A stretch of DNA of 64,000 bases from Torpedo marmorata (taxonomy: Eukaryota), in contig OZ360242.1 in NCBI GenBank assembly GCA_977017645.1, forward strand, positions 44,330,001-44,394,000, in the 5' to 3' direction. Below are positions 61,601 through 64,000 of this stretch, one piece after another. Within the stretch, counting starts at the first letter, position 1, and every line of letters starts with the position of its first letter. The notes below the pieces were generated by a model that saw nothing but the letters and a program-made list of their open reading frames with translations, was not told where the DNA came from and ran no database searches. Position numbers and translations under genes: made by a program.

Positions 61601-62865
61601 TCTTTCTTTAATTGCCATGCTAAAACTTTATGTGCTCTTTCTCCCAATTCATAATATCTTTGCTTTGTTCTACCAATTAATTTTTCTATTTTTCGAGTTT
61701 GTAATATATTATAATGTAATTTTTTCCCAATTAAACGTTGTCTCTTAGAAATTGTTTTATTTCTTTGAAAATCCTTTTCCATAACTTCAATTTCTCCCTC
61801 CAATTTTTCTTCTTCTTTCACATAATCTTTTCTAATTTTTGCCGAGAAGCTTATTATCAATCCTCTTAAATATGCTTTTAAAGATTCCCAAATTATAAAC
61901 TTATCTTCTACTGAATTATTATTAATTCTTAAAAATTCCTGAATTTCTTTTCTTATATATTCACAAAAATCTTTTCTATTTAATAAAGAAGAGTCTAATC
62001 TCCAGTTATATACAGTTTTTTCTTTCTCTGGAATTATACATGTCATTAATAAAGGTGAATGGTCCGAAATTATTCTTGCTTTATAAGAAATTTGAGTTAT
62101 TCTATCTTGAATTTGTGAAGATATTAAGAATAAATCAATCCTTGAGAATGAATTATGTCGAAAGGAATAAAATGAATAATCTTTTTCTCTAGGGTTTAAC
62201 TTTCTCCAAATATCTACTAAATTTAAATCATCCATTAAATTAATAATTCTTTTAACTATCTTAGGTCTAACAGATGTTCTAGATGTTTTATCCATATTTG
62301 CATTAAGACAACAATTGAAATCTCCTCCAATTAAAATATTTTCCTTAGCCTCAGATAAATGTAAAAAAGTATCTTGAATAAATTGTTCGTCCTCTGGGTT
62401 TGTAATATATAAATTTAAAAGGGTCCATATTTCTGAATAAATTTGACAATGCACTAAAACATATCTACCAGCTATATCCGTCACTACTGATTGTATTTTA
62501 AATGGTAATTTTTTATTGATTAAAATCGCTACTCCTCTCGCTTTAGAATTAAAAGATGAAGCTACTACATGTCCTACCCATTCTCTCTTTAATTTTTGAT
62601 GTTCTTTATCAATCAAATGCGTTTCCTGTAAAAAAGCTATATCTACTTTTAATTTTTTGATATGTGCTAAAGTTTTTTTCCTCTTAATTGGGTTATTAAG
62701 CCCATTAACATTAATACTTACAAAATTTATACTTCTAGAATCAGCCATAATTAAATTTTAAACATTCTCTATCTGTCAGATCCGCCGACGCATCCCTCCT
62801 ATACCATTGATTACATATTTTCTCCTCAAATAGAATGAAATAATAGAAAAGTAAGAAAAAAGAAC
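58649..62865 (-). mobile_element. L1-clade LINE, 5'-truncated just upstream of ORF2, with poly(A) tail and 18-bp TSD
   Basis: TSD ATTCAATGGGCACTTCTT at 58631-58648 and 62866-62883; poly-T 58647-58669 on plus; AATAAA and a G-rich tract in the 3' UTR. Confidence 0.97.
58963..62748 (-). CDS. L1 ORF2 (APE endonuclease, reverse transcriptase, C-terminal Cys/His region), 1261 aa, uninterrupted
   Basis: Motifs NVNGL, LQETH, GGDFN, SRID, SDH (endonuclease); YRPISLL, LDAEKAFD, RQGCPLSP, FADD, YLG (RT); CFRC...H...C. Confidence 0.96.
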   Translation of the reverse strand: MADSRSINFVSINVNGLNNPIKRKKTLAHIKKLKVDIAFLQETHLIDKEHQKLKREWVGHVVASSFNSKARGVAILINKKLPFKIQSVVTDIAGRYVLVHCQIYSEIWTLLNLYITNPEDEQFIQDTFLHLSEAKENILIGGDFNCCLNANMDKTSRTSVRPKIVKRIINLMDDLNLVDIWRKLNPREKDYSFYSFRHNSFSRIDLFLISSQIQDRITQISYKARIISDHSPLLMTCIIPEKEKTVYNWRLDSSLLNRKDFCEYIRKEIQEFLRINNNSVEDKFIIWESLKAYLRGLIISFSAKIRKDYVKEEEKLEGEIEVMEKDFQRNKTISKRQRLIGKKLHYNILQTRKIEKLIGRTKQRYYELGERAHKVLAWQLKKEQVSKTINAIKKSSGEITYKPQEINNSFKEYYQNLYTSQMNQDVVKIDHFLAKITLPKLNSLNRDLLDLPITMREVGEALSSLNSGKSPGDDGFPAEFYKKFKDVLIPIYMEVLTQIKETHSLPKTFLNAIITVIPKKDRDVLKTESYRPISLLNVDYKLMAKILTNRLAKFLPFLIHPDQAGFIKNRYSKDNIARLISLINLQKKKQDLPLVIALDAEKAFDRVEWKFLFKVLEKYGFGNTFINWIKTIYKEPTARVITNSQISSKFSLTRSTRQGCPLSPALFVLAIEPLAEMIRKDININGIKVGVEEHKISLFADDVLIYMTKSIKSLQQLDKILRDYGEISGYKINSDKSEIMALSQGDYTKCKEVTKFKWAKEAIKYLGVKVDTKLENLYKLNYIPLFQKIKKDLDNWKDLPITLMGRVNCIKMNIFPKVQYLFQSIPFGNPQKFFKDLKIIIRKFLWKGKLARVSMDKLTWEYEMGGLQLPNFQYYYKAAQLKFINELFDLTKNTAWINIELSNIGERNKEDIIYKWNSKLLLIKKKKSPIIKHLLEIWNQLDNEIGRKGLISLNMPLYQNLLLPFSIDNQFLKLWYQKGIKKIKDCFEAGRFVTFSRLKEKFGIMDNTVLAYYQVKGFLVEKLGNQLISPRQDELELLITNGNVNKFISQMYKLLQKKMFKVGLHKSRLNWESDLNTSIDEQHWKELCKLSMTKIINVRYRLVQYNFFHQLYITPKKLKKFNSALSDMCFRCKDEIGSFVHCTWLCLKIKNFWSKVKEFLDRILNITIPMDPMIFLFGDIKKISIRNRLNMYQIEFLRIVLAISKKCIAITWKSDLDLNLDRLHAELRSCIPLEKITYNLRDKYHFFLKIWSPYMRIMGMN

Positions 62866-62931
62866 ATTCAATGGGCACTTCTTGATCCTTATTTTCCATT
62901 GTAAAGGTTTTGTAACTGTGGAGGAAAATGT

Positions 62932-63165
62932 AAATTTAAATTTTATTTACAACACAGTAGAAGTCGATTCCGGCCATTGAAACCTGTGCCACCCAATTAA
63001 CCTACAACCCCATATGCTGGAGGGTGGGAGGAAACCGGAGCACCAGGGGAAAACCAACGCAGGTCACGGGGAGAACGTACAAACTCCTTCCAGACAGCGC
63101 TGAATTCAAACCCAGGTCACTGGCACTGTAATAGAGTCGCACTAGCCGCTACGCTAACCGTGCCT
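62932..63165 (-). mobile_element. HE1/V-SINE
   Basis: Same consensus, more diverged. Confidence 0.83.
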
Positions 63166-63267
63166 CATCTTATAAAAAGAGGAATAATGAAGACCTGAAG
63201 TTTCTGGAAGTAGTCTGAAGGATGCGATCTTGTCATCTTACTCAACTAACACATATTTCCTTGATTG

Positions 63268-63578
63268 CAGTAGAAGTCCAAAAATCCGGATGCCAGAAAT
63301 CCGGACCACCCGAGAATCTGGACTTTTCGAAAACTCTCAAACTACGTGCATGCGTAAGCGCCACAGATGCACAGCGGCAACAAGCAACCACTTTATTTTT
63401 CTTTAAAACTGCTCGTTTTGATAAATGAAGCATGCTGTATTTGGTCATGAATAAACTATCAAAATTTAAGTGTTCATCTCTTCTTTATTCCTCCTTAAAT
63501 TTAAAAGTACTGTCTGAGAATCTGGAAAATCCGGACTGACCCAAACCCTGAGCCATCTGGATTTTTTGACTTCTACTG
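63268..63578. mobile_element. Tigger/pogo-like MITE
   Basis: CAGTAGAAGTC(C/A)AAAAATCC(G/A)GATG inverted termini; TA on the right side. Confidence 0.78.
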
Positions 63579-63903
63579 TATATAAATACCCATGTCTCGA
63601 TACAATAGTCCTTTATCGAGGGCAGCCTTGCCCAGCATTCTTGTATAATTTCTGTGCTCAGTTTACTACCCACAGCAATTACACATTAAATGTAACTTAC
63701 TGGGTGTGAAGCTTACCTGAGATTAAAAGAAAGGAGCAATAGAAGTGTTTCAGTGCATAATGTGGAGAAAAAAGATATGCACTGGGGGTAAATGTTCTCT
63801 CAATAAAATTCATTCAAGCTCTCCCTCTTTAACATAGCTGTGTGCTTGAAAAGCTGCCGACATTGGCTTGTCACAGAACAGCGAGCTGCTTCTTCCCTCT
63901 TAC

Positions 63904-64000
63904 CTGCACTTATTGTCTTCATTTGAATGCCAGGAAGATTCTGCTCTCTTCAGGCCAAGGCGGCTGAAAGAGTGAAGCATGGTCAGGTAGGTGTCGCTAA
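63904..64000 (-). CDS. XYLT1: XYLT1 exon 9 (3' part only, runs off the window)
   Basis: Minus strand reads LSDTYLTMLHSFSRLGLKRAESSWHSNEDNKC-AG|gtaag, resembling XYLT1 [33 protein letters not shown]. The phase-2 donor joins exon 10 (AG|A = Arg). Not in the ORF track. Confidence 0.93.

Noticed and set aside
62749-62865. Possible XYLT1 exon 9 to L1 ORF2 in-frame fusion via a pyrimidine-rich cryptic acceptor
   Set aside because: The candidate AGs I checked are weak (GAG) or lead to stops (ATC TGA; A TAG) before the ORF2 ATG in the exon 9 phase.

Overview
Vertebrate DNA, almost certainly from a cartilaginous fish (HE1/V-SINE, CR1, Rex-Babar and Penelope repeats typical of elasmobranchs). The only cellular gene found is the 3' part of xylosyltransferase 1 (XYLT1) on the minus strand: the end of exon 9 (63904-64000) and exons 10-12 (43062-43257, 30921-31254, 23850-24172; human numbering), with canonical GT-AG sites and consistent phases, followed by a probable long 3' UTR. 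The rest is a dense, often nested transposon landscape: a young L1 with uninterrupted ORF2 and an 18-bp TSD, a second truncated L1, CR1 and Rex-Babar LINEs, about 13 HE1/V-SINEs, a solo LTR, an IR/DR Tc1, several MITEs (pogo/Tc2, hAT, piggyBac), minisatellites and two assembly gaps. Most notable: (1) a 2127-bp intronic duplication that places a second copy of the exon-10 splice acceptor upstream of the real one, leading to an early stop; (2) dispersed Penelope-derived minimal hammerhead ribozyme motifs; (3) a highly structured non-coding retroelement with YY1 motifs and a Rex-type tail; (4) an intact L1 ORF2 in sense orientation in intron 9. All calls were made by eye. Repeat family names come from recalled motifs and need database confirmation.
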